From: the human T2T-CHM13v2.0 reference genome, Homo sapiens
Length of the DNA: 64,000 bases
NCBI GenBank assembly: GCA_009914755.4
Contig: CP068257.2
Span: 23,392,001 to 23,456,000 of the forward strand
Direction: 5' to 3'
Each line of letters opens with the position of its first letter. Within the stretch, counting starts at the first letter, position 1. A program made the position numbers and the translations under genes. Shown piece by piece: positions 44,408-57,216 of this stretch. Under the pieces are notes generated by a model. It was not told the origin of the DNA and made no database searches. It saw only the letters and a program-made list of their open reading frames with translations.

Positions 44408-47229
44408 TTTTGTCTGTCTTCGGTCAGAATGGCCTTAAAATTACAAGCAACTATGGAGGTTTCAGTGTTTCATTTCAAAGCCAGACACCGTGCTAGTTAT
44501 CTCATATGTGTTTAAAGAGAAATCAAATGCACTCACTCTTCTTCAGAATTTCCTCCAGCAGCAGAGGAGACATGACTGTGAAAAATAACAGCAATGTAAT
44601 AATTTCTATAATAGAAATATGAAAAAAGGCCATTAGCATGCACAACAAGGAGTATTTCTGCCTTGACAGGACATAGAATATTCTTGGGGGGATGATATGA
44701 GCTGAGTCATTCATTCATTCATTTCAATTTATGTATTATAAACGACATTTTTGTACCATGCATTTCTATTTTCTCTCATGTCCTTCCTTGAAGGATGAGG
44801 TTCACTTCTCTCCCCAAGGGAAGTAAGACTATTTCCTGCAGCTCTTTGTATAATAGTCCCTTTAATCCCTTATCTGACCAAATGCTTTCTCCAGCTAAGC
44901 TGTGACGTCCAAATAATTGGTCTAATATCCAGGAAAGGAGATGAGTGCAGGATAAGACATGTGTTCCTACAGGGGGAGACCTCTACACTGTCTTTAAGGA
45001 AGGAAGTATGTCAGCTTTTACCAGGGAGGAGTGGGCTTCCTCTGCATGAACAGATGGTCTAGGGGAGTCTGTGAATCAAGGTTGTTCTAGCGTATCAACC
45101 CAGATGTCTTCATCACATGACTAAGTTTGCATTTCTTAATCAACGCCTTGACATCACATAGGATAACTGCCTTGGTCCATCATTTAGCCTTCTTTGAAGC
45201 TCTGGTGCTTTAATCATTAAGTTCTTGGCTTGGTCCTCAGCTTTACTTGCTCTCTGGCTGTAGTTAGGCCTTGCTATGCTATCAAGGAAGCCCTCTGGCT
45301 TTTAAACTTAATTTCAAATTACTGCCTAATCACTTTGGTTATCTTTCTTCAAAGCATCGATTGCACTTAACAACAACCACTTGCTTTCTCTATACTTTAT
45401 GTCAGTTGTTACCTCAGATTACTCATCATCATGATAATCTGTACTTACTATTGCATTCCTTTCAATAATATACTGAAGCACTTAACAACATTGCTATCTT
45501 GTACAAGGTTCATTTTTGTTCATCTGACAAAAGTTATGGAGGCCTAAATGTGAGCTAGCAGGTAATTAAGCTTCTGAATTCTCTCTCTTCTTTCTCTGAC
45601 CAGGCGGTGCCAACTATTGCAGACTGGGTTCCCTGGGAAGCAAAATTTGAAAAGATTACTACACAAGAATTCTACCACAGAAGTCCTTGAAAACTTAAAA
45701 AAGTAATGAAATGAGGCAGGATTGGACAGAAGGAGAAGCTAAACAGTGATGCAGTCCAAACAAAGGCCAAACCTACAAGGAGCTCTGAAGCTGTGACGGG
45801 CCTTCAGCATTGCCTGCATTGTAATGAGAGAACTGGGATTTTATATTCCTGCATCTATCATAATTGAATGTAGGTTGTCACTTGGGTAAAGCAGCTGTCT
45901 CCAACATGGGGCATTTTCCAGAAAAGACTGTCATCTGAGGGCAGTAAGCCAGTGACATTCTGAAAAGCTGAGAGCCTACATATTTCAGTCCTAAAAAGGA
46001 GTCTGTGTGGCACATCACAAAATCCACTCTGGAAATTCAGGTGTTACTAGCCTGTAGTGCTTACAGCTACTTTCACTAAGACAAAATAATTGTATGCCAG
46101 AAGCTACGGCAGATGGCCATATGAGCCTCAGGCAGTGGTCCAGGCTCCCTGTGGTTTTCAGGACACTCAGAATTACTTGAATACTCTGGATAGGGGCCAC
46201 AGGCATTCTACAAATGATGGCAGGTCCAAAAAGGGCTGAGATCATTACAGAGAATTGCTCAGTATTTAGCAGCAAGGGAAACCAGCAGTGCAATGACTTT
46301 TAACACTAACTATCTAGAGTTAGTCCAAATTTTACAGGTCCTCCATGAGACCACCTTACTTCAGACACCAGCTGCATGCTCAAGGATCTCAGGGACATCC
46401 TCACTTCTAACCAACTGGCTACACACTTGAGGGTTCCTTTCAGGTTTGAGAATTCACTTGAATGACTCACAGAACTCAGGAAAGTGCTACATTTATGATT
46501 ACAGCTTCATTATAGCAGAGACGATACAAAATCAAAACCAGCCAGAGAAAAAACACATGGTGCTAAGTCTGGCAGAGTCTCAGACCCTAAGCTTCCAGTT
46601 GTCTTCTCCTTGTGAAATCAGAAAGTGTCACCCTCATGGCACATTGAAATGTGATGATACACAGAGCATTGACAACCACAGAAGCTCTCCAAGCTAGATG
46701 GTGAGAGTTTTCATTGGGGTTTCACCATGTAGTCAGTCATGTAGTCATGATTGGCTGAGTCATTGGCCATGTCATTGAACTTGATCTCCTGTCCCTTGTC
46801 ATCTCCTCAGAAGATCTGCAAGAAGAGAGTTAAAAACTCTTTGTTTCAGAGCTCTGTTTGAGAGTTAAAAGCTGTTTGAAATACTAGCTTTGGTTCTGGG
46901 CACTATACTTAATTTACACAAATTGTTTCTGCTCTCTGATTTAAAGACTCAACTATGTAAATACAGCTTCTAAGAAATTTGAAGCATCATAGTGGGAGAA
47001 TAAAGAGAGAAGTTAAGAATTTTGTCAATAGGAGTCCATTAATATAATAAGCATTTCGTAAGTGCTAACTATATAAGTCACTCTGCCACAAACCACAGAC
47101 ATTCCCGAACATACATATGAAATTAAGCTGGTTATGGCCTGCTAGAGAAAAGAATACGTGAGCACAGAAAAATTATCCATGAAATCCTGGATAGAATGTT
47201 GAAGATGGCTACAAATTGGAGAAAAGGCA

Positions 47230-47651
47230 GTATATTAGTCCGTTCTCCCACTGCTATAAAGAAATACCTGAGACAGGATACTCTATAAAGAAAAGTTTAA
47301 TTGACTCACAGTTTTGCAGGCTTAAAGGAAGCATGATGTCGGCCATCTGCTGAGCTTCTAGGGAGGCCTCAGGAAATTTACAATCATGGTGGAAGACGAA
47401 GGGGAAGCAGGCTCATCTTACATGACTGGAGCAGGAGGAACAGAGAAGGGGGAGGTGGCGCACACTTAAACAACCAGATCTCACAAAAATTCACTCAAGT
47501 ATCATCAAGACAATACCAAGGAGGATGGTGCTAAGCCATTCATTAGAAACTGCACCTATGATCCAATCACCTCTTACCCAGCCCCACGTCCAGCACTGGG
47601 GATTGCATTTCAGCATGAGACGTGGGTAGGGACACAGATCCAAATCATATC
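47230..47651 (-). mobile_element. ERVL-MaLR solo LTR, THE1/MST-like, antisense
   Basis: gtatattagtccgttctcccactgctataaagaaatacctgagacaggatactctataaagaaaagtttaattgactcacagttttgcaggc...gggaggcctcaggaaatttacaatcatggtggaagacgaagg...cacttaaacaaccagatctcacaaaaattcactca...gatccaatcacctc...cactggggattgcatttcagcatgagacgtgggtagggacacagatccaaatcatatca is the reverse complement of the THE1/MST LTR (gtgtattagtccgttctcacactgctaataaagacatacccgagactgggtaatttataaag...aattgactcacagttc...ggctggggaggcctca.aatcatggcggaagg...agatttgggtggggacacagccaaaccatatca). Confidence 0.85.
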
Positions 47652-48563
47652 ATGCAGTGACCTGTAAACTATTTCAAGTCATGCAGTGAGCAAGTAGAAA
47701 AAAATAAAAGTTAAGAAAGGTGTAAAATTTGTCAACTCTAGACTCACGACAAAGACACCCCCCCAACACACACAATAACCTGCTCACCTGGACAAAGTGC
47801 TCACTCATCAGGAAGATAGCCAACTCATTGAGGTTGATTTTGAGAGCCTGGTCTTGCTGTGTCTACTAATCTTCAACAAATATGTTACAAACTCTGACAT
47901 TAACTCCCAGTCATTTTTCTTGCCTTGAAATATACACATTAATCTATTTGAGTCCAGGGGACAAAATCTATAAATTATCTTTTTCCCGCCTTTTGATACT
48001 AAGAGATGGTGAATGTGGAGTTTTCCATTTCTATAGTAAGCTTAATAAACTCAGCTTTGATACGTAAAGATTTCTGAGTAAATTTTACAGAAAGTCGGGA
48101 CATGAGCCAGTTTGGAAAGATAAATTATGTACGATTTAAATAAAGAATTCTAGAAAAATATATTTGAGGAACTGGGGGAGGGAACAGGTTACTGAGACAT
48201 GGGACTTCAAAGATGTCCCTAAGTTCAAAAGCTGAACACAATAATGTTATCTTTCCCTTAGAGAGATTTATATACATTCCAAAAGGTCAGAGTAAAAACA
48301 TGCTTCCCAATGAGCAAAATACCTCAATTATTTTTTTCTGAATTACTCTCCTACAATACAAATTAGTATGTATAGGATAACATCTGAATCTCATTGCTTT
48401 ACCCCAGGGTTAAAAAGTTGAGGCATCAGGAAACCACAGGTTTGTTTGCTATGAGTAAATAATAATTTTCTCTGTGTTAGAAACCTCATGTGTGTGTGTT
48501 CAAGATAATAATAATAAGTATGGATATTAAAAATCTATCTTACTCCCTCTTTCCATTTCCCAA

Positions 48564-48912
48564 GTGTCTTAGTCCATTCAGGCTGCTGTAACAAAATACC
48601 ATAAACTGGGCTACCTAGAAATGACAGAAATTTACTACTCACAGTCCTGGAGTCTGGAAAGTCCAAGAGCAAGGTGAGGACTGATTTGGTTCCTGGGGAG
48701 GGCTCTCTTCCTGGTTCATAGACGGTCTTTTTCTCTGTTTATCCGCACATGAGGAAAAGGTTCAAGGAAGATTTCTGGGATATCCATAAGGACACTTATT
48801 TCATTCATGGGGGCTCTACTCTCGTGACCTAATCACCTCCCAAAGGCCTCACCTCTAAATACTGTCACATTGAGAATTAGGTTTCAACATGTGAACGTCA
48901 GGGAAATAAATA
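48564..48912 (-). mobile_element. ERVL-MaLR solo LTR, MLT1-like, antisense
   Basis: gtgtcttagtccattcaggctgctgtaacaaaataccataaactgggctacctagaaatgacagaaatttactactcacagtcctggagtctggaaagtccaagagcaaggtg...cctaatcacctcccaaaggcctcacctctaaatactgtcacattgagaattaggtttcaacatgtgaacgtcaggg. Confidence 0.78.
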
Positions 48913-50138
48913 CCCCACTTACCCTAGTATTGTTACACATTGCATGCTTATATCAAAATATCTCATGTAACCCATAAATATATACACTTACTATGTACCT
49001 GCAAAAATTAAAAAATTCAGTCTCTAGCACTAAGATTTAAACTTTTTAGCAGTTTCTTCTCATCTTGATTTCCATATTTCAAATACAAATTTTGTAGTAT
49101 TTATTTCAGTCCAAATTTACTTCAGAAAACAGAAGCCAGCCTGTATCTTTTAATGGTTTTGATACAAGAAATTGAAGGCTTACTTGACTATTGGAAAGAC
49201 TGAGGAGGAAAAAAAATGTGGAAAACAACCAAAGAGGATTTTAGCTTAAATATGTAAAGTGGGTCATATGTCCTCAGACAAAGCTACTGTAAATCTCAAG
49301 ACTCTATGGATGGTTGCTATCCAAGTACCTCAGTTATCAGCACCAATGATCATGACTCCAAAAGCTCACCTGGAGGCTTTCTGAACTCTCACAGCTGTCA
49401 AGCATTTGTTCTCAATTGCCACCTGATAAAGGTCTGTCCTTCTGCTTGACCTTTCAAATCTCAGACAAGTAACATTCATTGGAACCCTAAGAAGAAGGCG
49501 AATGTGGAAAACATAGTTCCCAGCTTCTACTTTCTAGAGAAGACCTTAAAGGAGGTGGGTTCGATGCCTGCCAAGTTGACAACAGATGATCCAACCCACT
49601 ATGATTTCCTGATACATCAATTTTAGATGTGATCTATTGCACGGCATGTTACGATATGTTTTAACTCCCTTATACTTCTTCTTGCTCTCTCGCTCATCCT
49701 ATTATAGGTGTTTTGATTAAATCAATATTCAATGTTTATAGGGCTACAACTGTAAATTTATCCACTACTGAGAAAGGTGGCATATTTATGATTAGCCTTC
49801 CATTTCATAAACCTTTTTTTCCCCTGGAATTGATAATGGTGGCATTCTTTTTTCATTTGCTTAGTTGTGCTTTTTTTTTTTAATATCTGATACTGACTGA
49901 CTATCCAAACTTATACTTAGAGGTGTTAAACAACTTTCAATACCATAGTCCCTGTGGTCAGATGGAGCAAATAATCTATCAGTTCTTTTTATCTGCCCCT
50001 CCCCTCCCCACCCCATTATCTTTTTCATGAAATTTTTCCCAGAGCTGTTTTTCTCCCATTTGAAATAGTTGTTCTCTTGGCCTACTGCAAAAAGGTTGAT
50101 CTAGGACTGCTCCTTCATGTTTTCCTGTGCTAAATCTC

Positions 50139-50430
50139 CTTTTTTTTTTGAGACGGACTCTCACCCTGTTGCCCAGCCTGGAGTGCCATGGTGTGATCTC
50201 GGCTCAGTGCAACTTCCGCCTCCCAGGTTCAAGTAATTCTCTGCCTCAGCCTCCCCAGTAGCTGGGATTACAGGCACCCACCACCACGCCTGGCTAATTT
50301 GTTTGTATTTTTAGTAGACACAGGGTTTCACCATCTTGGCCAGGCTGGTCTTGAACTCCTGACCTCGTGATCCACCCACCTCGGCCTCCCAAAGTGCTGG
50401 GATTACAGGCGTGGGCCAACGCTCCAGGCC
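50139..50430 (-). mobile_element. Alu element, antisense
   Basis: tttttttttttgagacggactctcaccctgttgcccagcctggagtgccatggtgtgatctcggctcagtgcaacttccgcctcccaggttcaagtaattctctgcctcagcctccccagtagctgggattacaggcacccaccaccacgcctggc...ggcgtgggccaacgctccaggcc. Confidence 0.93.
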
Positions 50431-51683
50431 AAAACCTATTTTTAAGAGTTTCTTTCTCTATATTGGTTTACTTTTACATTTTGATGAAACACACCCTATA
50501 ATAGCTTTTTGAGCAAGAGTGCAGAGGAGGTTTTTTTTTTTCATCTTTCTGATGTTTTAAACTTGTCTTTTCTATCACACACTATTTACCTTTTGTCCAT
50601 CTAACATGCAGATACAATTCTAGTAGAATTAAGAATCTTTGTTTCATTCCTCAGTTTATTTTTCTGCTGTCCTTTTTTAGTTTCAAAGTTATTTTTGTTC
50701 CTTCATTGTTGTTTTGTATCATCTTGTCCTTGTTCCATAGATATATCTTCTCGTTTTAATATTAATTGTAGGTGATTGTTAGAAAAATATTCTACTCCAT
50801 AAATTATCACTGTTTTCTTAACTATCCTTTACCCACTTGTTTTTTGATTTCTCTTTTTTATCAAATATTTCATCAAATATCTGGGGAATGTGGTCCATTC
50901 ATGTTCAAGAATGAAGTACCCACTACACAACAGATCAGAAGCCTTATCTGTGTGCATGAGCAGAAATTGTCAATTATTAGGCATTGTTGGAAGATAATCT
51001 TGCAGCAAGTAAAGTTTATTTGTGGGTCCTCAAATTTGAGGATTTCATGCATTTTCTCTGCAACCAGATTTACGTGGGATAACATACTAATTTTCTGTCT
51101 TACTATGGAGCAGGCAGAAGAAAATTGTATCTAGCTGCATGTGTTCGAAGAACAAGTAGAAATGGGAGATTGCGAATTTTATCATTATGTAAGCAGATTT
51201 TCACTTAATTCACTTATTTTCAGCATCTGTCTCACCTTTGACTTCCATGATCTCTTATTTTTCTCAGTTGGAGTCCTTACTGCTTTGATTTCCTCAGAAG
51301 ATAGAATTCTGGTCAGAGATTGGATGACAGTGAGGACAGAAAAGAAGAGGAAGTTGCCTGTCTGTGTGGGATCTAGTAGGGCTCAAGGGTCTACTTTTCC
51401 TTACAGAGATTTCTGCCATCCTCCAATTTTCAGCCCCACAATTCACCATCCTTCCTATTTCTTCCATTGTACAATTGCATCACATCCTAAGCCTCTGCTT
51501 TATTATACAAGACAAGTAAATTTCTTTCTCCTGTTTCCCTTCGCATAGTCTCAGATGGTTAGCAGTTGCAGCACCCACTCTGCTCACCCAGAAGCAGAGG
51601 TCTTAGATTTACATTGTCATTCAAACTAACAAGGCACAGTAGGCTTCAACCAACACCAAGTTTATTTAGCTTTAAGAAAGAAT

Positions 51684-51982
51684 AGCTGGGTGCAGTGGCT
51701 CACGCCTGTAATGCCAGCACTTTGGGAGGCCAAGGCAGGCGGATCACAAGGTCAGGAGATCGAGACCATCCTGGCTAACACTGTGAAAACTCGTCTCTAC
51801 TAAAAATACAAAAAAATAGCTGGGCGTGGTGGCAGACGCCTGTAGTCCCAGCTACTAGGAAGGCCGAGGCAGCAGAATTCCTTGAACCGGGAGGCGGAGC
51901 TTGCAGTGAGCGGAGATTGCGCCACTTTACTGTAGCCTGGGCGACAGAGTGAGACTCTGTCTAAAAAATAAATAAATAAAAA
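51684..51982 (+). mobile_element. AluY-like element, sense orientation, with about 9-10 bp TSD
   Basis: agctgggtgcagtggctcacgcctgtaatgccagcactttgggaggccaaggcaggcggatcacaaggtcaggagatcgagaccatcctggctaacactgtgaaaactcgtctctactaaaaatacaaaaaaatagctgggcgtggtggcagacgcctgtagtcccagctactaggaaggccgaggcagcagaattccttgaaccgggaggcggagcttgcagtgagcggagattgcgccactttactgtagcctgggcgacagagtgagactctgtctaaaaaataaataaataaaa. TSD aagaaagaat appears before and after. Confidence 0.94.
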
Positions 51983-52390
51983 GAAAGAATAAAAGAGAGG
52001 AATTGTAACATCCTCAGCAGCACCGTAGCCAAGGTCCTATGACTCACAAGCATGATCATGAGAAGTGAGGCTGACTGTGTGCCGACCACCTCAGCTCCAG
52101 GAAGCCGTCAGCTCTGGGGTCTCTACAGCTTCTCTGCATTCCTGCTTATCCAGAATCTTGTGCTTTTCTCTTGTGCTGCTGAAACTCACTATTTGCAAAG
52201 TATTTATCAGGTAGATGTTACCAAGCAGTTAGAGGATACCTAGTTAACAATCTCCACAGCTAGGTACAGAGGCTTGATTCAGTATATTAAAACTTCAGGA
52301 GTACTCTCATTTTTCTTGGAGCTTGTATAACCTTTAACGTTTCTTCAATCCGTGTCACTAATTTGGGCATCTACTATGGGCTGAATTGTG

Positions 52391-52660
52391 TAATTAAGGT
52401 TAAACAAAGTCATAAGGCTGGGGGCTTTCAATAGGATTGGCAGTCACATAAGGAGAGAACAAAAGAGATTCCCCTCCTTTTGTACTCTGAGGACACAGGA
52501 AGAAGAGGGCCATCTGCAAGCCAGGAAGAGATACCTCATCAGAAACCAACCCTGCTGGTCCTTGATCTTGGCCTTCAAGCTGCCAGAACAGTGGGAAGAT
52601 ACATTTCTGTTGTTAAGTCTCCCAGACTATGCTATTTTGTTATTATAGCCTGAGAAGAGT
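52391..52660 (+). mobile_element. ERVL-MaLR LTR fragment, MLT1-like, sense orientation
   Basis: gtaattaaggttaaacaaagtcataaggctgggggctttcaataggattggcagtcacataagg...cacaggaagaagagggccatctgcaagccaggaagagatacctcatcagaaaccaaccctgctggtccttgatcttggccttcaagctgccagaacagtgggaagatacatttctgttgttaagtctcccagactatgctattttgttattatagcc. Confidence 0.75.
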
Positions 52661-55600
52661 AATATAGCATCTAAACCTCAGACATCCCGTAAGCCAGACA
52701 AAAGGACTAAACCAGCTGTTAATGATAAGCAGAGATTACTTTCCATTCATTATGCCTTAATTTAGGAAAAGCGACTGTAATATTGTCCCTTAGTATTTTC
52801 TGGAAAGAACAGACGCATCTCATTCTCAGGACGTGGTGCAAGGGAAATTTCCGTTTCCTTCCACTGAGACATCTTTCAAAACATTTTTTAAATAAAAAGT
52901 ACTAAAATACAATTTAAAGAAAAGCCTGAGGACTGACAATCATTTTCTCTTCCATTTGTGATTCAAAGGCTTCTGTTTAATCAATAATTCCCTATTCAAA
53001 CACTTTACCTGGATAGTTTAATGGCTATCTGACCACTTGAAATGCAAATTATACAGTTTTTAATCTTTGAATGAGATTCTGAGGGTCAAAGAGTAGTTCT
53101 TACTCCAAAGCATAAACCATTCTGACAGATTTATACTAGAGAGGCTATACTAAATAAGAAAAATGTTTAAATAATTCAGATAATAATGCAAACTGTTAAC
53201 TCTTAGAAAATTCTAAGCCAAGTGTTTTCTAATGTGTTAGAGTTAGCTAAGAAAACACACAAGAAATCCAAGAAATCTGCTGAGTAGATAATTCTATTGT
53301 GCCAACACTTATTAGTTTCATGCATCTATTTAAGAAGACCCTGAAGCTTTATAAAAGACATTTCATTTTATATACTGTAGGTAACTGCCATTATGCAAAT
53401 ATTGTTGCCATTTAACTCCATCATGCATTTTATCTGATAATCATGAGTTGTAATAATAAGCAGACAGGTATAATTGAGTTTATTATATGGCCTGTTCAGT
53501 TTCTTTCCTGTCGTAAGAATACAAGAGTAACCAAAAGTCATAGTTTGATGTTTAGTGTAACTAAAGAGTTTTCTTTATATCCTTCATTTTTATTCTTATT
53601 TTAACATGTGAAAAACACTTAAGCTATTTTTAGGTGTCTAATATTTCTGCTGTCAGAAGGCATGACAAAATATTTAATAGCATAGTTAATGAGAATTTTT
53701 CAGCCATTCTATCAAGAAGTAGTTTGCTAATTTAAAAAATCTGAATGCTAATAAGTTGGCTTAGCTAAAAAAAAAAAAGTCAAAACAAGGCAGTAAAAAA
53801 ATACAAAATATTAAAGCTCTTTTTGTAATGCTACAAAGAATACAAAAATAAAATTTGTGATTTTACCATTGATAGTTTTCATATTAAGACTGAAGCTATG
53901 TAACATACTAATTTTAAGTGTACTACTAAATATTTTTCTTTCTATTCTCTATGCTTACATGAAATTTTAAAAAATGAATATTTTAGGGATGTAAAATAAG
54001 AACAGGGAGAAATTGATACCAAGTACAGAGAAAAAAATAACATTTGTGGAAAAGCTCTTGGTAGCGATGGTCCAAATTTAATTTTACATCTATTATTTTA
54101 CTTACTGAGACGAAGACTGTCTAGAATCCAATCCTAATATTTTCTAAGACTAGCTATTAGCCCTGTGTTGTGTACAGTTCGTTCATCATCAATCAAGTGA
54201 AAACAGTAGGAGAAGCTGCCCCACAGAGTTGCAGTGAAGATGGGCCAATTATAAATATGTAAGGCAGTTAGAGCAGCACATGCACACTAGTGAGTATCAC
54301 ATCAGCACTTGATACTTCTTAATCTTCTTGAACTTGTAGTGAATTACAGAACTCACTACAAGTGAGTTATAAATATAAAATAGAAGTGAGTGGGATGCTG
54401 GGACTCTAACACATTGACATTTAAATAAGATTTGATTCATGAATATAGCCAGAAATATCTTACTAGGAATATTTGCTTTTCTGAAAGAGAAATTCAATTT
54501 TGACATATATTTTATCATGTATGAATATGTATATATTTATATAACTATATAATTAGATATGACACACATACACACTTGTGTATCTGAAGTAGAGAAAGGT
54601 CTACAATCAACTATGAGAAGTCAGACATTCCAATGAAACAGAACAAACAAAAGGTCTATGGATAAAAAGCTATTGAAAAACATTAGAATGAAAAATTTGA
54701 ATAAGTGTCTAAGTGAATTCCACTAGTCCCATATAAAATCTACCTTTATTCTTTGTGCAGTCACTGCTGTGCCTATATTTCCTAACTAAAATTAATGTCA
54801 CCTATAGCATAGCATCCTTTTAGTCTCTTCTACTATTGAAAGAGGTACTGCAGATTACAAATTATCTTGAGCTCAGGTAAATTAGACAGTTCTTGTGTTT
54901 TGAAGCAACATCTTGAAAACCACTATTAAATTAAACAGCCAATGTCTAAGAGAACAAATCCTTAAGCATGAGAAAGATTGGGAGCAATAACTTCAAATAT
55001 AAATCTACTATCACCCGCTGAAGAGGTATAGTAAACAAAGAGCATCTATATCTGTTCATCAGTTATTGATGACCATTTGATGCCAATTTTATGAGCAATA
55101 AACCAGATACATGGGTTCATATGATTCTTTTATTATACTTATATTACCTCATATGTCAAAGTCCACAAAACATAATTTTTTTCACTTTTATGGAAGTTAT
55201 GATGAAAAATATAATGATAGATTGGAGGCAGATAGATTATTATTTTGTAACTGCTTCTTCATCCTTAAAATGTGTTGTTATTCATATAGTTTGAGGATTG
55301 CTTTGGGCTTTATTTTCTTTTGAATATTTACATGACTCTTCTTCTACACAATATTCTCAAAAGAATATATCGTATCTGTTTTCTTTGTCAAGAACAGCTG
55401 TTACCTCACCCGCTTTATCTGTAATGAATACTTTGAATATTTTAGCCCCTATGTACACTTCCCTTTTCTCACCCTTCTTTTATGTAGACAACTAGGAATG
55501 ACCATCATGAGAAATAGTATTAGGCTAATGACAGGTTATATGAAGGGTTATGACTCTGTATAACAACTCTATAGCATCAGTTTTCATACTTCTTGGACAA

Positions 55601-56849
55601 TTGTTCATTATCTATTTCATATTTTGAGTGGAACTATGTGTTAAACAAAATATTTTATACCAAATTCAAAACTTAAAAAGCACTTAAATTATATTATTTT
55701 TCAAACAAGCCTAGAAAACAAATGAAATAATAAAGAGGGTTCCTTCTGTCACACCAACTCAAAGTAAAGGAGCTAATGCTGGAGGTAATTAATATTGTTG
55801 ATTTATACTTTTATATCTTTGAATAGCATATTTTTAAAAACATGATTTAGAATAAGTTGCAGCTGAATCTCTGAAACTTTATTTCTTTTGTAAAGTGAGA
55901 AGTGTTGGTATGTACCTCAAAGGACTAGCAACATGGGCACTCGCTTGGAGCTTCTTAAAAATGAAGAATCCTTATGCTTTGTCCCAAACCTAATAAATCA
56001 GAATTTGAAGATGGTTCACATGCATGATAAACTTAGAATATCACTGAAATGGATATCTCTAGCATTGTGTAATTTTATGATTTTTAGAATCCCTAGAATG
56101 GGGAGAGTGTAGATAAAAGAATCTACTTCCAACCTTATGCTATAGAAAGGTGGAAAACTACAGTTTGGCACCAAGTAAATATAACTGAGTTGTATCTAAA
56201 ACCTTGGATTTAAGTACTTTGGTTAAAATATTGTTTGAAACTTTACAATAGCACCCATATTATTTCAAGGGCAAGAGAGACTTTTGTGGGAGGGTTTATT
56301 GATAAAGAAAAATTACTGAGAGCTTTATTTCACTGTCTTTACGGATTCACAAGTTGTGAAGCCTAGCAAAGTCAATTTGGAAACTTAAATTTAACAAAAC
56401 AGTTATCAATAGCAATTCATTATCAATAGCAATTCATTATCTTCAGAACTGAAGAATTGTCACAGAGTGGTATTTCTATAAACCACTTCCACTCATGAGT
56501 TAAGTTATAAGTTTTGAGGACTGTAACAGGAGGAAAAGTTTGTCTATATGTAGAGAGTGGCCACTTAAAAAGCCAATTTGACAAAATTTGCATGGCTTCC
56601 TGCTGTAACCATTAAAAACTGTATCATTCACTCTAAAGTGATGTAGGGATATTGTCTAGAAAAAGCTAATAAGCATCAGAACAGGATACCTGAGGCTCTA
56701 TCCAGAGTACTATTCTTCATACTGTGTTAGTTGCCTGTTGCCGTCATAACAAATTATAACAAGCTTAGTGGCTTAAAATGAAAAAACTTTATTCTATTAT
56801 AATCAAGAATCAAAAAGAAGGGCTAGAAATCAAAAGCACAATAACAGAA

Positions 56850-57215
56850 TGATATGGCTTGGCTGTGTCCCCGTCCATATTTCATCTTGAATTGCAGCTC
56901 CCATGATCCCCACACGTCATGAGAGGGACTAAGTGGGAGGTAATTCAATAATGGGGGCAGGTTTTCCCCATGCTCTTCTCATCACAGTGAATAAGTCTCA
57001 CGAGATCTAATGGTTTATAAAGGGCAGTTCCCCTGCACACCTTCTCTTGCCTGCCACCATGTAAGACGTGCCTTTGCTCCTCCTTTGCCTTCCACCATGA
57101 TTGTGAGGCCTCCCCAGCCATGTGGAACTGTGAGTCCATTAAACCTCTTTTTCTTTATAAATTACCCAGTCTTGGGTATTTCTTCTTAGCAGTATGAAAA
57201 TGGACTAATACACAG
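56850..57215 (+). mobile_element. ERVL-MaLR solo LTR, THE1/MST-like, sense orientation
   Basis: tgatatggcttggctgtgtccccgtccatatttcatcttgaattgcagctcccatgatccccacacgtcatgagagggactaagtgggaggtaattcaataatgggggcaggttttccccatgctcttctcatcacagtgaataagtctcacgagatctaatggtttataaagggcagttcccctgcacaccttctcttgcctgccaccatgtaagacgtgcctttgctcctcctttgccttccaccatgattgtgaggcctccccagccatgtggaactgtgagtccattaaacctctttttctttataaattacccagtcttgggtatttcttcttagcagtatgaaaatggactaatacacag is a near-complete match to the THE1/MST LTR consensus. Confidence 0.92.
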
Positions 57216-57216
57216 A

